A stretch of 64,000 bases of DNA, from NCBI GenBank assembly GCA_003971905.1, contig RSEE01000038.1, forward strand, positions 558,001 to 622,000, written 5' to 3'. Under the pieces are notes generated by a model that searched no databases, was not told the DNA's origin, and saw nothing but the letters and a program-made list of their open reading frames with translations. Source of the stretch: Moniliella sp. 'wahieum'. Its lineage: Eukaryota. A program made the translations under genes and the position numbers. Shown here in pieces: positions 62,049 to 64,000 of the stretch (the stretch's first letter is position 1; every line of letters begins with the position of its first letter).

Positions 62049-63465
62049 CTAGTCGATTGTCAGTTCCTTGGTTCGGTTCGCCGCGTACTGGTCTTTCCAC
62101 GTATCCCAGATCCTGGTGGCAAGCAACCCAAAAGCGAGGTGAGTGTGGTGTCCTCCCTGTTCCCCCCACGGACGGCGAGGGCGTAAATCAAACAAAAAGA
62201 AAGCATTCAACGTACCGGGTAAGCTCAGCAATGTACCGTTCTTGCACCTCTTCAATTTCTTCCGGCGTCGGGTGCTTGTTCTGCACCGTCTCGATGGGCC
62301 GGCCGACACAGGCGACAATGGGATGACGGAAGGGCAAGAGACCAATACGGTAGTTGAACACGCCTCGGCCATGGAAGAGCGGGAGCGTAAACCCAAATAA
62401 GGCTTGGAATCGTTTTTGGAACCCATACAGCGCCGTACCCTTCTCGTTGGCCAGCTGGGCAAAAATGTCATTCTCCCCAAACGCAAACACGGGCACCAAA
62501 GCCGCCCCATTCCGAATGGCAATCTTGATGAACCCCAACCGACGACGCAGCGTCAGGTCCGCCGTGCCCGGATGCGCCCTTAAACTCTCCGCAGCACCGC
62601 CGACCACAATGGTGATGGAGCTGCCCGGGCCTCGGCGTAGGAGCGTCTCGCAGCTCGCCCGACTGACACTGCCAATGCCCAGGGACAGGAGAACGTCACG
62701 GAGAAAGGGAAGTTTAAAGTTGCTGGCCAAGGTGAGGAGGTGGGTTTGGATGCCAGGGAAGGAAGTGGCAAACTCGGTAGCATCCGACGCAAAGTTGGCC
62801 AGCGCGCCCATGCCCACCACCCCGTGCGGGTGGTAGCCAAACAGGTAGGGCTTGTCTGGCGGAAGGTCGACGGTCTGGTACGGGGTATGGTCATCCACCG
62901 GGGGGGGGGGGGTTAGCACACAGAAGCAACGGGGTGTGTGGGGCAGAGGCGAACGGGGACGGGGACTGAAACGGGAGACATGAGACGGAAGACGGGGGAC
63001 AGTACCTTGATGCAGCTGATGGGGTAGTACTCGGCAAAGTACTTCCAGAACTGGGACTGGCGCATCGAAGCCACGGGCCGGCCACCATTCTCAGGCGCCG
63101 TGTCGATAAAAAAGACCCAGATGAGGTAGGGGATGACCAGGGGCCACAGGAGTGGGATGGAGCTGTGGGGTGCGGACCAGGGCAGGGCAGGAGTCAGTAG
63201 AGTGCGCCCGCAACAGGGCCGATCGGGGTAGATGCGAACCAGCAAAGAAGAAGAGAGAGGCTGAGGCTGATGGGGATGCTCATCCCCCACAGAAAGACGG
63301 CGAGCGTTTGCATGTGGCGATGGTGGGCGCTGACGGTGGGCACAAAGCGGAGCGAGTGCTGGCGCTTGAGCTCGCCGGGGTGGTGTCGGTGGGGCGGGCG
63401 GGGCATGGTCGTCGGCAGCATGTGGGGGAGCAGGGGCGCTGGGTGGGGCGATGGCGCTGGGCATG
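62049..63465 (-). CDS. DGA1: Diacylglycerol O-acyltransferase (DGAT2 family), 3 introns
   Basis: FWKYFAEYYPIS, YLFGYHPHG, IVVGGAAESL, RRLGFIKIA...LVPVFAFGEND, PLFHGRG...GLLPFRHPI..VGRPI; last exon RIWDTWKDQYAANRTKELTID*. Confidence 0.95.
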
Positions 63466-64000
63466 CTGGGCGTGCGGGACGCCGCCAGAGACGAGGCCGG
63501 TGGCGCAGGCCGAGGTGGAGGTGGAGGCGGACCGGAGGCATTGCCAGACCACCTGGGCCCAAGCGCAGCGCTGGTTGGTCGACGTGGCGCATCAATATCA
63601 GCAACCCTTGCGGCGATCCACGCACCAGCAAGCATCCACCTGCAACATTCAATTTCGGGGTTTGTGCCGCAGGTCCATCCTGAATGTTTCCACAGACAAA
63701 ATGCGCCGAGCCTCGGCCCGCCCCCACTGAAAACGCTCCGACCGTACAGCTCTCTCCTCTCCACCCAAAACCCTCCGAAACGGAAACGCGCCGCCCGCAC
63801 ATGCACCCCCAGCAGCACGCATGTGTCCTCTTGATCGCCCCCTACTCTGCTCTGTTGTAGGTGCGATGGGAGAGATATATCAGTGGGTGCTGTGCGTGCA
63901 AGGAGATCGTCGTGCTCCTCACCACCACCTTCCCTCTCCCCTCCACACACGCTCTGCACTCGCGTCCACATGCCCCGCACCATGATCATGGCGAACACAA

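Overview
GC-rich eukaryotic (fungal) genomic DNA with short GT-AG introns and intron-containing tRNAs. Protein styles suggest a basidiomycete, possibly Ustilaginomycotina (inference only). Nearly every conserved gene carries 1-bp frameshifts, most likely unpolished long-read errors, so CDS coordinates are spans reconstructed across frames. Recognisable genes: RBM18-like RRM protein, SAM synthetase, YABBY/HMG-like protein, myotubularin, secreted RlpA/DPBB protein, B-type cyclin, secreted GH23/SLT-like protein, RPL1, complex I 51-kDa subunit, profilin, Pat1, two Aa_trans transporters, a C2H2 factor, Whi5-like protein, Nup53-like protein, riboflavin synthase, a short cystathionine beta-synthase, Cox9, DGAT2, tRNA-Arg(ACG) and tRNA-Ile(AAT). 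Three non-coding highlights: (1) two near-identical inverted copies of an unusually long (~615 nt) RNase MRP RNA gene; (2) two inverted copies of a ~267-bp non-autonomous Helitron, each ~1.4 kb upstream of an MRP copy, giving a nested near-symmetric inverted layout; (3) a pervasive promoter-associated 7-bp-periodic pattern, TCA-(4-bp palindrome)-TCA, using at least 14 of the 16 possible palindromic spacers, often mixed in phase within one array.
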